Shown: positions 1 through 7,490 of the stretch, one piece after another
Layout of the letters: every line of letters starts with the position of its first letter
Numbering within the stretch: position 1 is the stretch's first letter
Assembly: GCA_934647945.1 (NCBI GenBank)
Contig: CAKUFK010000019.1
Location: 1 to 32,000, forward strand
Direction of reading: 5' to 3'
Source: an uncultured Eubacteriales bacterium
GTDB lineage: Bacteria > Bacillota > Clostridia > Oscillospirales > Acutalibacteraceae
DNA length: 32,000 bases
Notes under the pieces: model-generated
Seen by the model: the letters and a program-made list of their open reading frames with translations, nothing else
Told to the model about the DNA's origin: nothing
Database searches by the model: none
Made by a program: the position numbers and the translations under genes

Positions 1-9
1 GAAACCCCC

Positions 10-63
10 ACAAGAAAAGGCGGTACGCTACCCCTCCACGGGGCGCATACCGCCTTTTCTTGT
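10..63 (-). terminator. Stem-loop downstream of the 41-aa HTH ORF (16-nt arms, 22-nt loop)
   Basis: Perfect inverted repeat ACAAGAAAAGGCGGTA (10-25) / TACCGCCTTTTCTTGT (48-63). It lies 3' of the minus-strand ORF ending at 124. There is no clean U-tract after the stem; the only U-rich stretch is inside the distal arm. Confidence 0.4.
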
Positions 64-123
64 TATCCAGCCCTCCTGCTGTATCGGTTGAGCAAAAGTC
101 AGCGTGGGAATGGTGTGGTATCT

Positions 124-249
124 TTAACTTTGGGAAACTCCCGTCTCCCAATAGGAGACGGTGCTGCGGTGAATATGCAGGCGTTCCCCCAGCTCTTCCT
201 GAGTCCAGCCGCGCTCTTTGCGCAGCTCCCGCAGTTTTTTCCCGATCAT
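124..249 (-). CDS. Miniature or truncated XRE-family HTH protein (41 aa): MIGKKLRELRKERGWTQEELGERLHIHRSTVSYWETGVSQS
   Basis: Hand translation of the minus strand from ATG at 249 to TAA at 124-126. AAGGAGG sits 8 nt upstream of the ATG. The sequence has a classic XRE helix 2-3 signature (WTQEELGERL..STVSYWETG) but stops before helices 4-5. It is below the ORF-track length cutoff. Confidence 0.55.
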   Translation of the reverse strand: MIGKKLRELRKERGWTQEELGERLHIHRSTVSYWETGVSQS

Positions 250-272
250 AAACAGCCCCTCCTTGGAAATAT

Positions 273-290
273 TAGAACTTATACGTTCTA
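273..290. promoter_or_regulatory. Candidate operator palindrome TAGAAC-N6-GTTCTA between divergent HTH genes
   Basis: Inverted hexamers at 273-278 and 285-290, in the AT-rich 111-bp gap between the ORFs starting at 249 (-) and 361 (+). Confidence 0.3.
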
Positions 291-360
291 TTTTGGCTCG
301 TATGTATGTCTCCTATGATACACTGACAGCCATAAAATAGTTTAAAAGTGTGGTGACATT

Positions 361-585
361 ATGGAGCCCTCTTTCATCATCCGATGGCTGCGGGAGGATC
401 ATGATAAAACACAGGCCGAGATCGCCGCTGTCCTTGGCATAGAGCAAACCATCTACTCCCGTTATGAGAGAGGGGTCCACCCGCTTCCTCTCCGCCATTT
501 GAAGAAGCTGTGCCAGTATTACGGTGTGTCCGCCGATTATATTCTAGGGCTGCCGGACAATTTGTCGTACCCAAAATTAAAGTGA
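361..585 (+). CDS. XRE-family HTH transcriptional regulator (74 aa)
   Basis: ORF-track protein with KTQAEIAAVLGIEQTIYSRYERG (an HTH_3-like core) and a C-terminal LCQYYGVSADYILG helix. Confidence 0.8.
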   Translation: MEPSFIIRWLREDHDKTQAEIAAVLGIEQTIYSRYERGVHPLPLRHLKKLCQYYGVSADYILGLPDNLSYPKLK

Positions 586-713
586 TGCTACATGTGATAA
601 TTATAGGATATGTGTCTACAGGCTGCAACTATCTTTTTATTTTATCCTTAATTTATTCCGGTTCTGTTCTGGCACAAAAATCTACCAAACAATTTTACGA
701 TTGGGGTGATGGC

Positions 714-950
714 ATGTCCGAGTTCCGTCAAGGCTGGGGAACCATCCGTTTCACCCTGGCCGAGTATATGAAAGCCCACGGGATCAGCAAATCCCAGCTC
801 GCCAAACGTGCCGACCTGCAGTATACCCAGATGCTGACGTATTACAACAATACCGTCCAGCGGCCGGATGTCGGTGTCCTTTGCCGGATCTGTTATGTCC
901 TGAATTGCGGTGTGTCCGATATCCTGCATTACGACCCGCCGGAGGATTGA
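714..950 (+). CDS. XRE/Cro-C1-type HTH transcriptional regulator (78 aa)
   Basis: Internal ATG at 714 of ORF 510-950, preceded by GGGGTGA. The sequence LAEYMKAHGISKSQLAKRADLQYTQMLTYYNN..LCRICYVLNCGVSDIL is HTH-like. The upstream 68 codons of the ORF are AT-rich and not protein-like. Confidence 0.75.
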   Translation: MSEFRQGWGTIRFTLAEYMKAHGISKSQLAKRADLQYTQMLTYYNNTVQRPDVGVLCRICYVLNCGVSDILHYDPPED

Positions 951-1015
951 GCCGGGATGTGCCTTATTCCGGCCAGCCCTGTGAGAATGCGCACTGCTGT
1001 CGACGGAGGAGACTT

Positions 1016-1900
1016 ATGCGTATATCGGATTTCGCGGATGTGCGCCCAATTCTCAAGGGATGGTCCGGCGACAGGAAATACCGTGTGACCAGGCCGGACG
1101 GGAGCCTCTGCCTGCTCCGCACCGCCTCTGCTGACCAATATGAGCGAAAAAAAGCCGAATATGAGTGGATGGAACGGGTAGCGTCCCTCGGGGTCCCCAT
1201 CTGCCGGCCGCTGGAGTTCGGCCGGTGCGGCGAGGGGGTTTATACCCTGTTCTCCTGGGTGGAGGGGGAGGACGCCGAGCCGGTAATCCCCCGCCTGTCT
1301 GAAACGGAAGCGTCCGCCTACGGGCGGACGGCCGGCGAATATCTGCGCCGAATCCACACCCTGCCGGCCCCTGCCGATCAGGAGGACTGGAAAGCCCGTA
1401 TGGGCCGGAAAATGGACCGGAAAATCGAGATGTACCATGGCTGCCCTGAAAAAATCGATGGGGGCGAAGCTATGATCGCCTACTTGCAGGAACACCGTTC
1501 TTTGCTGGCCGGCCGCCCTCAATGCTTCCAGCACGGGGATTATCACGTCGGCAACCTGATGCTGGAAAATGGACGGCTGGTGGTCATCGACTTCAACCGC
1601 TTCGATTTCGGCGACCCGTGGGAGGAATTCAACCGCATCGTATGGTGCGCGCAGGCGAGCCCCGTTTTCGCCTCCGCTATGGTCGACGGCTATTTCGGCG
1701 GCGAACCGCCCCGGCTCTTCTGGAAGCTACTGGCGCTGTATATCGCGAGCAACACCCTCTCCTCCCTGCCCTGGGCGGTCCCGTTCGGGCAGGCCGAGAT
1801 CGACACCATGCGGAACCAGGCACGGGACGTGCTGTCCTGGTACGACCGGATGACCTGTGTCGTTCCCCGCTGGTACCGCCATACGGGGGATAAAACCTGA
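1016..1900 (+). CDS. Phosphotransferase-enzyme-family protein (APH / choline-kinase fold)
   Basis: ATG at 1016 with GGAGGAG 5 nt upstream. Brenner and activation motifs FQHGDYHVGNLML and VIDFNRFDFGDPWEEF match the HGDxxxxN ... IDxxxxxxGD pattern of aminoglycoside/antibiotic kinases. Confidence 0.85.
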   Translation: MRISDFADVRPILKGWSGDRKYRVTRPDGSLCLLRTASADQYERKKAEYEWMERVASLGVPICRPLEFGRCGEGVYTLFSWVEGEDAEPVIPRLSETEASAYGRTAGEYLRRIHTLPAPADQEDWKARMGRKMDRKIEMYHGCPEKIDGGEAMIAYLQEHRSLLAGRPQCFQHGDYHVGNLMLENGRLVVIDFNRFDFGDPWEEFNRIVWCAQASPVFASAMVDGYFGGEPPRLFWKLLALYIASNTLSSLPWAVPFGQAEIDTMRNQARDVLSWYDRMTCVVPRWYRHTGDKT

Positions 1901-1947
1901 TCCGCAGCGTGCGGATGCCGCCGTATTCCGATCCGGAATGTACGGAT

Positions 1948-1990
1948 AACGCCCCTAAAGGGTTCCGGAACCCTTTAGGGGCGTTGTTTT
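1948..1990 (+). terminator. Intrinsic terminator after the APH-family gene
   Basis: 38-nt perfect palindrome AACGCCCCTAAAGGGTTCCGGAACCCTTTAGGGGCGTT (1948-1985) followed by GTTTT. Confidence 0.75.
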
Positions 1991-2068
1991 AGGCCTTGGA
2001 TTTCCCCGGCCTATCCTCTTTTGCGCCTTATCCAGCCGACCGGTTTCATCCAATGGATGCCCGCTTCT

Positions 2069-2118
2069 ACCGGACAGCCCGATCCCCTGACGCCATCGCA
2101 GGGGCCGGGCTGTCCGGT
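2069..2118 (-). terminator. Nested stem-loop just downstream of the chromate transporter pair
   Basis: 13-nt arms ACCGGACAGCCCG (2069-2081) / CGGGCTGTCCGGT (2106-2118), with an inner CCCCTG/CAGGGG stem. It starts 15 nt 3' of the stop at 2133. No U-tract. Confidence 0.35.
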
Positions 2119-2132
2119 GTTCTCATGCGCTC

Positions 2133-2696
2133 TTATCCCAGACCATAGAGAAGAACGCCGGCAAGGCCGGCAGCCGCCAGCATCAGGATGGGGCTGACCT
2201 TCCATTTCCGCAAAACGAAAAAACACAGCCCGCACAGGATCACGGCCGGCCACTCTACCCCCGATACCTCACCGAACACAGATGTACCGAAAAAGGTCAG
2301 CATCAGAATGGTGGCGGCCGCCCCCATGATCAGCCCGACCGAAGCCGCCTTGAGCCCACGCAGTACCTCCGCCGCATAGAGCGAGGCGCTGTGCCGCTGA
2401 AAAAACGCGTACAGCAGCAGGGACAACGTCACCCCCGGCAGAATACAGCCAATTGTGGCCACAACGGCCCCAGGAACTCCCGCAATGCGGATCCCCACAA
2501 AGGTAGAGGTGTTGACGGCCAACGGCCCGGGCGTCATCTGGGAGATGGTAAGAATGTCGGTGAACACCCGCTGGCTGATCCATTCGTAGGTTTCCACCAC
2601 CTGCTGCTGGATGGCGGGGATCACCGCGTAGCCGCCCCCAATGCTGAACAGGCCGATCTGCAAAAACGCCAGGAACAGGCGCCAAAGCTCCATCAT
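2133..2696 (-). CDS. chrA: Chromate transporter (CHR family), C-terminal-type half protein
   Basis: MELWRLFLAFLQIGLFSIGGGYAVIPAIQ... is the CHR signature (FGGG/GGGYA), and the protein is multi-TM. Its ATGATG start overlaps the stop of the upstream half at 2693-2696. Confidence 0.85.
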   Translation of the reverse strand: MMELWRLFLAFLQIGLFSIGGGYAVIPAIQQQVVETYEWISQRVFTDILTISQMTPGPLAVNTSTFVGIRIAGVPGAVVATIGCILPGVTLSLLLYAFFQRHSASLYAAEVLRGLKAASVGLIMGAAATILMLTFFGTSVFGEVSGVEWPAVILCGLCFFVLRKWKVSPILMLAAAGLAGVLLYGLG

Positions 2697-3259
2697 CCGC
2701 CCATCCCCCTCCTTTTCCGCCACCAGACCCGGCCGGCGCAAAGCAGGCAGCAGGCCAGCAGGACCAGGGCGACGGGAACGTGGAACAGGAAACTGGCTGC
2801 AAAGGCGGCCGGGACCATCATCGTCAGCAGCCGCGAGCGTTCCTTCAGGACCGCCCGGCACATATCCACCACGACATCCACGATCAGCGCGGCCACCCCC
2901 GCCTGCATCCCTCTCAGGATTGCCGCGATGACGACGTTCTCACAAAATGCCGTATAGAATAGGGAGATCAGCGACAGCAGCAGCAACGGCGGCAGCACCC
3001 CCGCGAGGCAGCTCACCACACTGCCGGCCACCCCGGCGACCCGATACCCCGCCAAGGCCGCCAGGTTCATGGCAATGGCTCCCGGGGCGGACTGGCCGAC
3101 GGCGGCCATCCCGAGCAGGTCGTCCTCGGTAAAGCATTGCCGGCGGGTGACAAAATATTTCCGGATCATGGGGACAACCACGTATCCCCCGCCAAAGGCA
3201 AAAGCGCTGATGAGCAGATTGACCCCGAACAGCCACAGGCAGAGCCGTGCTTTTTTCAT
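2693..3259 (-). CDS. chrA: Chromate transporter (CHR family), N-terminal-type half protein
   Basis: MKKARLCLWLFGVNLLISAFAFGGGYVVVPMIRKYF... matches the CHR family. Short-chain CHR pairs are a known architecture. Confidence 0.85.
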   Translation of the reverse strand: MKKARLCLWLFGVNLLISAFAFGGGYVVVPMIRKYFVTRRQCFTEDDLLGMAAVGQSAPGAIAMNLAALAGYRVAGVAGSVVSCLAGVLPPLLLLSLISLFYTAFCENVVIAAILRGMQAGVAALIVDVVVDMCRAVLKERSRLLTMMVPAAFAASFLFHVPVALVLLACCLLCAGRVWWRKRRGMGG

Positions 3260-3373
3260 GGAAGCGGTACCCCCTTTCTCCCGACCATCTCAGTATACGG
3301 CTTGCAAACCCATCTGTAAAATGATAGAATTTCAGTGTTCACATGAATTTTTTTCATGTCTGGAGGGAGTCTC

Positions 3374-4255
3374 TTGATCCTGCGGCATATGCAGATCCTG
3401 CGCGCGGTCGCCCGGACGGGCAGCTTCACCAAGGCGGCGGAACACCTCTACCTCACCCAGTCCGCCGTCTCCCATGCCGTCCGCGACATGGAAAACCGGG
3501 CAGGGACCGCCCTGTTCGACCGGCTTCCCAAGGGCGTCCGCCTGACCCCCTGCGGGCGGCGGCTGCTCGAGGAAGCTGCCCCCATCCTGGCCGCATGGGA
3601 GAGGCTCGAAGCCCGCATGGATACGATGGAGGCGGACACCCCCCTGCATCTCGTCTCCAGCATCACCATCGCCTCCTTTTGGCTGCCCCGCCTCCTGCGG
3701 CGCTTTTCCTCGGCATGCCCGCAAACCCCCGTGGAAGTAGAGGTGGTCAGTGCCGGGGAAGCGATGGCCATCCTGCGGGAGGGCGGGGCCGACCTCGCTC
3801 TGGTGGAAGGCGCGGTCCCGCTGGGCGCTTTCCGCTGCGTCCCCTTTGCCTCTTACCGTCTGGCGGTCGTCTGCGCGCCGGGCTATCGTCCGGCCGGGGA
3901 GGCGCTGACCCTCCGGGAGCTTTGCGCCGACCGGCTGCTCCTGCGCCAAAAGGGGAGCGCCATCCGGGATACCTTCGACAGCGCGGTACTCCTGTCGGGG
4001 CTCGAGCCCCGCCCGGTCTGGACCAGCATCAATTCTACCGCCCTGATCGAGGCGGCCAAGGCCGGGCTGGGCATCACCATCCTGCCCGACCTGCTGGTTC
4101 AAAGCGCCCTCGAGGCGGGATCCCTGGTCGAGCTGAGGGTGCGGGACCTCTCGCTGCACAACGACCTCAACGCCGTCCGCCGCCGCGACCGGTATGAATC
4201 CGCCCCCTTGGCTGCCCTGCTGCGGCTCATCGGGCAGGGGGTCCCGGAGCCCTGA
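3374..4255 (+). CDS. LysR-family transcriptional regulator, divergent from the chromate transporter pair
   Basis: LILRHMQILRAVARTGSFTKAAEHLYLTQSAVSHAVRDME is a LysR HTH. I prefer the TTG at 3374 (GGAGGGAG 4 nt upstream) over the RBS-less ATG at 3356. The C-terminal part resembles a LysR substrate-binding domain. Confidence 0.85.
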   Translation: MILRHMQILRAVARTGSFTKAAEHLYLTQSAVSHAVRDMENRAGTALFDRLPKGVRLTPCGRRLLEEAAPILAAWERLEARMDTMEADTPLHLVSSITIASFWLPRLLRRFSSACPQTPVEVEVVSAGEAMAILREGGADLALVEGAVPLGAFRCVPFASYRLAVVCAPGYRPAGEALTLRELCADRLLLRQKGSAIRDTFDSAVLLSGLEPRPVWTSINSTALIEAAKAGLGITILPDLLVQSALEAGSLVELRVRDLSLHNDLNAVRRRDRYESAPLAALLRLIGQGVPEP

Positions 4256-4348
4256 ACGGACAAGTGGCTGGACGGGGACGCCGGATCACAGCGGTTCGCT
4301 GACGCTCACCTGGCTCCCTCCGTCCCCGCCAGGCTCACCCCTACTCTT

Positions 4349-4387
4349 GACAAAGGGTGGAAACACACCGTGTTTCCACCCTTTGTC
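4349..4387. terminator. Strong hairpin between the convergent LysR and thiT genes
   Basis: 18-bp stem GACAAAGGGTGGAAACAC (4349-4366) / GTGTTTCCACCCTTTGTC (4370-4387) with a 3-nt loop. No flanking U-tract on either strand. Confidence 0.5.
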
Positions 4388-4504
4388 GCTTATAAGGAGT
4401 GTTTTCTAGGCACGTGTCCTCGAAAACACGGATCTTAAACGAACCGCCGCCGTTTGGGCCATTGCTTGCTCGTTTTCCACTTTTTCGTCCAGCCGCTTGT
4501 CGAC

Positions 4505-5434
4505 CTATTTCTGTTCCGGACTCCGCCGCAGCGGGAGCCGCTGCCGGCTGAGGAGGACCTTCCGGATAATGAGGGCCGCCCCGGAGAGGACGAGGGCCAC
4601 GGCGGTGACGGTGATAACCAGCGTCCAGTTGCATCCGGTGATACCGGTGATGTCAAACACGCCGGTGTCCGGATTCTGCAGATGGGAGAAGATGTGGGCG
4701 GTGTCGAACACCAGGCCCGCCAGGAAGAGGACGGTGGCTGCCGCGAACAGAATCACTGCGGACAGGGGCTGACGCTCCTGCTTGGGAGCACGGCCCACCA
4801 TCTCCCGGCGGAAATCCAGCACCCCGCCGATCATGAAGGCTCCCAGGACGGTGATAATGGTTTCAGGGAGCATGTAGGTGGCATTATAGATCAGCGAGAA
4901 GGGCACGGCGCCGGCCATGGGGATGGAGATGTCCCGCCAGACCGTGATACCGGAGAGAAAATGGCAGGCATAGCGCAGCAGACAGACGAGAACGGTGCCC
5001 GCAGCCAGTTCGGCCCGCTGGCTTTTGATCTGGCCGCGGAACACCCCCGCGAGGCCCAACACCGTAAAGGCGATGACATAATCGAGGAAAAAGACCAGCA
5101 GGAAGGAGCCGGGGGTTTTGGTAAAGGCGCTCAGGGTACCGATGCCCCCCTCCACGATCTGGAGCAGGCTGAACACGAAGCCGGTGAGCAGGCCCCATTT
5201 CCAACCGTAGCGGTAGGCGATGATGACGACGGGCAGCATGCTGCAAGCGGTGATGGTGCCGCCATACGGCAGGCTGGCCAGGGGGAACAGGCAGAGCACG
5301 AAGGCGAAGGCGAGCATGACGGCGCTTTCCGTCAGCTTGAGGGCGGGGGATCCCGCGCCCCAGTGGGTGTTGCGGATGGATTTTTCCACGGGTGTTTCTC
5401 TCTTTTCCTCTGGATTTTCGCGCTCACGTCCCAA
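4505..5434 (-). CDS. thiT: Energy-coupled (ECF S-component) thiamine transporter ThiT with a C-terminal two-TM extension
   Basis: LKLTESAVMLAFAFVLCLF..GGTITACSMLPVVIIAYRYGWKWGLLTGFVFSLLQ resembles ThiT, and the gene sits directly behind a TPP riboswitch. The start is uncertain: TTG at 5434 or GTG at 5389. The last ~100 aa add two predicted TM helices. Confidence 0.8.
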   Translation of the reverse strand: MGRERENPEEKRETPVEKSIRNTHWGAGSPALKLTESAVMLAFAFVLCLFPLASLPYGGTITACSMLPVVIIAYRYGWKWGLLTGFVFSLLQIVEGGIGTLSAFTKTPGSFLLVFFLDYVIAFTVLGLAGVFRGQIKSQRAELAAGTVLVCLLRYACHFLSGITVWRDISIPMAGAVPFSLIYNATYMLPETIITVLGAFMIGGVLDFRREMVGRAPKQERQPLSAVILFAAATVLFLAGLVFDTAHIFSHLQNPDTGVFDITGITGCNWTLVITVTAVALVLSGAALIIRKVLLSRQRLPLRRSPEQK

Positions 5435-5440
5435 ACGGAA

Positions 5441-5475
5441 TGTAAAAAGCCCCTCCCGTTTTGGGAGGGGCTTTC
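5441..5475 (-). terminator. Riboswitch expression-platform terminator
   Basis: On the minus strand the sequence reads GAAAGCCCCTCCC-AAAAC-GGGAGGGGCTTTTT, between the TPP aptamer and the thiT start. The 3' arm contains the GGGAGGGG Shine-Dalgarno-like sequence. Confidence 0.75.
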
Positions 5476-5524
5476 GCCGACAAACGTCGTCCGCCGCAAA
5501 AAGTGCGGCAGCCGGGTCTCGTAT

Positions 5525-5618
5525 GAAAACATCCCTCCGCCGGTATTATCCGGATCAGGTTTCAGGGTTTGAAGCCGCGGGCTTCCTCTCAGCCGGCCTT
5601 GCGCCAGCACCCCTTGTT
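5525..5618 (-). promoter_or_regulatory. TPP (THI-box) riboswitch aptamer
   Basis: The minus strand reads GGGGUGCUGGCGCAAGGCCGGCUGAGAGGAAGCCCGCGGCUUCAAACCCUGAAACCUGAUCCGGAUAAUACCGGCGGAGGGAUG. This contains the conserved CUGAGA, ACCCUGAACCUGAUC.GGAUAAU.CC.GCG.AGGGA core of RF00059. Confidence 0.9.
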
Positions 5619-5645
5619 TGTGTTGTGAGGTTTGCGAATGAAAAT

Positions 5646-5674
5646 AGTATACACGATTCGCCCGGATTTGTCAA
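5646..5674 (-). promoter_or_regulatory. Sigma-70-type promoter for the riboswitch-thiT unit
   Basis: Minus strand TTGACA (5674-5669), a 17-nt spacer, then TATACT (5651-5646). The -35 box lies 1 nt from the stop codon of the upstream peptidase gene (5676-5678). Confidence 0.6.
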
Positions 5675-5675
5675 A

Positions 5676-6434
5676 TCACGAGGGCCGGACGGTGACAACG
5701 AAACCGTCCGCGTTGTTTCCCGAAATTTCGGCGCAGCCCTGTTCGGGAAGAGGGATCACCGTCTCTTCCTCCCCGGCCGGCACCACGTAGATCCGGGTGC
5801 CGTCGGGCAGGCGGCGGGGTGAACCGGCGGAATAGGCGCCGAGGGCGGCGGTGTATTCCTCCAGCGTCAGGCCGTCCCGGGCGATCAAGGAGGCGTGAGG
5901 CGTGCCGACATAGCGGAAATGCCAGGGTTCCTGAGCCACGCCGGTGATCCCTTCCTTTCCCGCCTGATACCGTTCGATGAATCCGTAGGCGGGCGCCAGC
6001 TCCCGAAAGCGCTGACACAGACCGGCATAGGGAAACGCGGGGCGGATGAAATCGATCTCTTTTGCCGCCTTTCCCACATCGATGGCTAGCCCAGTCTGAT
6101 GTTCACTGGTGCCGGGATAGGCGATGTACTGCTTGGTAAAAACCTCTCCATTATCTTTCAGGGAGGTCGTATACAGCTCCTCCTGTTCCCGTCCGCTGCG
6201 GTAGCCGCTGACCGGGACAATCCCCTTCCCCGCCGCGCAGGCGGCGAGCAGGGCGCCGAGCGCCCGCGCGGCCGCGCGGTCCAACAGGATATCCGGAAAG
6301 CCCGGCACCGCTTCGCAGAGCCGCTCCCGCAGGGTCTCTTCCGGGAGCCGGAGGGGATGGGTGCGGTTGACCAGGATCAGAGGCCCGTCCCCGGCCGCCT
6401 GACGGGGCAGGCGGAGGACCCGACCGGCGCTCAT
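5676..6434 (-). CDS. vanXY: M15-family D-Ala-D-Ala dipeptidase/carboxypeptidase, VanXY-like (cytoplasmic)
   Basis: Carries the zinc D,D-peptidase signature motifs SGYRSGREQEELY, SEHQTGLAIDV and EPWHFRYVG. No N-terminal TM segment. The ATGA start overlaps the ligase stop. Confidence 0.8.
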   Translation of the reverse strand: MSAGRVLRLPRQAAGDGPLILVNRTHPLRLPEETLRERLCEAVPGFPDILLDRAAARALGALLAACAAGKGIVPVSGYRSGREQEELYTTSLKDNGEVFTKQYIAYPGTSEHQTGLAIDVGKAAKEIDFIRPAFPYAGLCQRFRELAPAYGFIERYQAGKEGITGVAQEPWHFRYVGTPHASLIARDGLTLEEYTAALGAYSAGSPRRLPDGTRIYVVPAGEEETVIPLPEQGCAEISGNNADGFVVTVRPS

Positions 6435-7489
6435 GCCGGTTCCTCCGCCAGGGTAATCAGCCGCTCGGCAATGGCGGAGAAAGGCATTCCCGCCGCCTCC
6501 AGCATTTTGGGATACCGGCTGTGGGCCGTGAACCCTGGAATGGTGTTGATTTCATTGAATACCACGTCCCCGGCGGGGGTCAGGAACATGTCCACCCGGG
6601 CGAAGCCGCGGCAGCCCAACGCCTGATAGAGCACCGCCGCCGTGCCACGGATCTTGTCGCGGCTTTCGGGGGAAATGCGGGCGGGCAGACGGATTTCGGC
6701 GGTGCGGTTGCCGTATTTTTCCTCGTAATCCAGCCAGCGTTCCCCCAGCGCCACTTCATCCACCTCGCCGATGAACAGTTCCCGGTTGCCTATGACCGCG
6801 CAGCCGACCTCGAAGCCGGGGATCTCCTCCTCCACCACCGCCTTGGAGTCGAAGGCAAAGGCCAGCTCCACCGCCGCGGTGAGCTCGTCGGCCCGTTCCA
6901 CCCGGGTGATGCCATAGGAGGAGCCCGCGTTGGCGGGCTTGACAAACAGGGGATAGAGAAGCCCGGCGGCCCGTTCCAGGGGGGATCCCTCCTCCCCTTT
7001 ATAAAGCGTGACCGAGCGGGGGACCCGTACCCCGGCCGCCGCCGCCAGGGTATGGGCGACCTCCTTGTCCATGCAGGCGGCGGAGCCCAATACGCCGCAG
7101 CCCACATAGGGGATGCCGGCCAGCTCGCACAGCCCCTGGACGGTACCGTCTTCGCCATTGGCGCCGTGGAGCATGGGAAACACCACGTCCACCCGCACCG
7201 GACGGACGCCGGCCTCATCCCACTCCAGCAGGCCGTGAACCGACCGGTCGGGAGACAGAGAGGCCCGGATAAGGGGCCTCTCTGTCCAGTGCCCCGCTTC
7301 GATATCGTCGGCGGAACAGGCACAGCGGAACCACTCGCCGCGGCGGGTGATCCCGACCGGGATCACGTCGTACCGCGCGGGATCCAACCCACGCAGCACA
7401 GCCGCGGCGGAGCAGAGGGAGACTTCGTATTCGGGCGAGCACCCTCCAAAGAGGAGGGCGACGGTTTTCTTCTGATCTGCGGTTGTCAT
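6431..7489 (-). CDS. vanG: Van-type D-alanine--D-serine (VanG-like) ligase, ATP-grasp
   Basis: Internal ATG at 7489 (MTTADQKKTVALLFGGCSPEYEVS...). VGCGVLGSAACMDK, FEVGCAVIGN, LDYEEKY and NEINTIPGFTAHSRYPKM align by eye along the whole length with the VanG sequence as I remember it. It is flanked by vanW and vanXY-type genes. The substrate (D-Ser, D-Ala or D-Lac) cannot be fixed without an alignment. Confidence 0.85.
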   Translation of the reverse strand: MTTADQKKTVALLFGGCSPEYEVSLCSAAAVLRGLDPARYDVIPVGITRRGEWFRCACSADDIEAGHWTERPLIRASLSPDRSVHGLLEWDEAGVRPVRVDVVFPMLHGANGEDGTVQGLCELAGIPYVGCGVLGSAACMDKEVAHTLAAAAGVRVPRSVTLYKGEEGSPLERAAGLLYPLFVKPANAGSSYGITRVERADELTAAVELAFAFDSKAVVEEEIPGFEVGCAVIGNRELFIGEVDEVALGERWLDYEEKYGNRTAEIRLPARISPESRDKIRGTAAVLYQALGCRGFARVDMFLTPAGDVVFNEINTIPGFTAHSRYPKMLEAAGMPFSAIAERLITLAEEPA

Positions 7490-7490
7490 G

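Noticed and set aside
4389-4504. AAGGAG at 4394-4399 and the hairpin GTGTTTTC-N15-GAAAACAC, as a possible small gene or regulatory RNA between lysR and thiT
   Set aside because: No start codon lies at a workable distance from the AAGGAG. The region is simply the 3' flank of two convergent genes.
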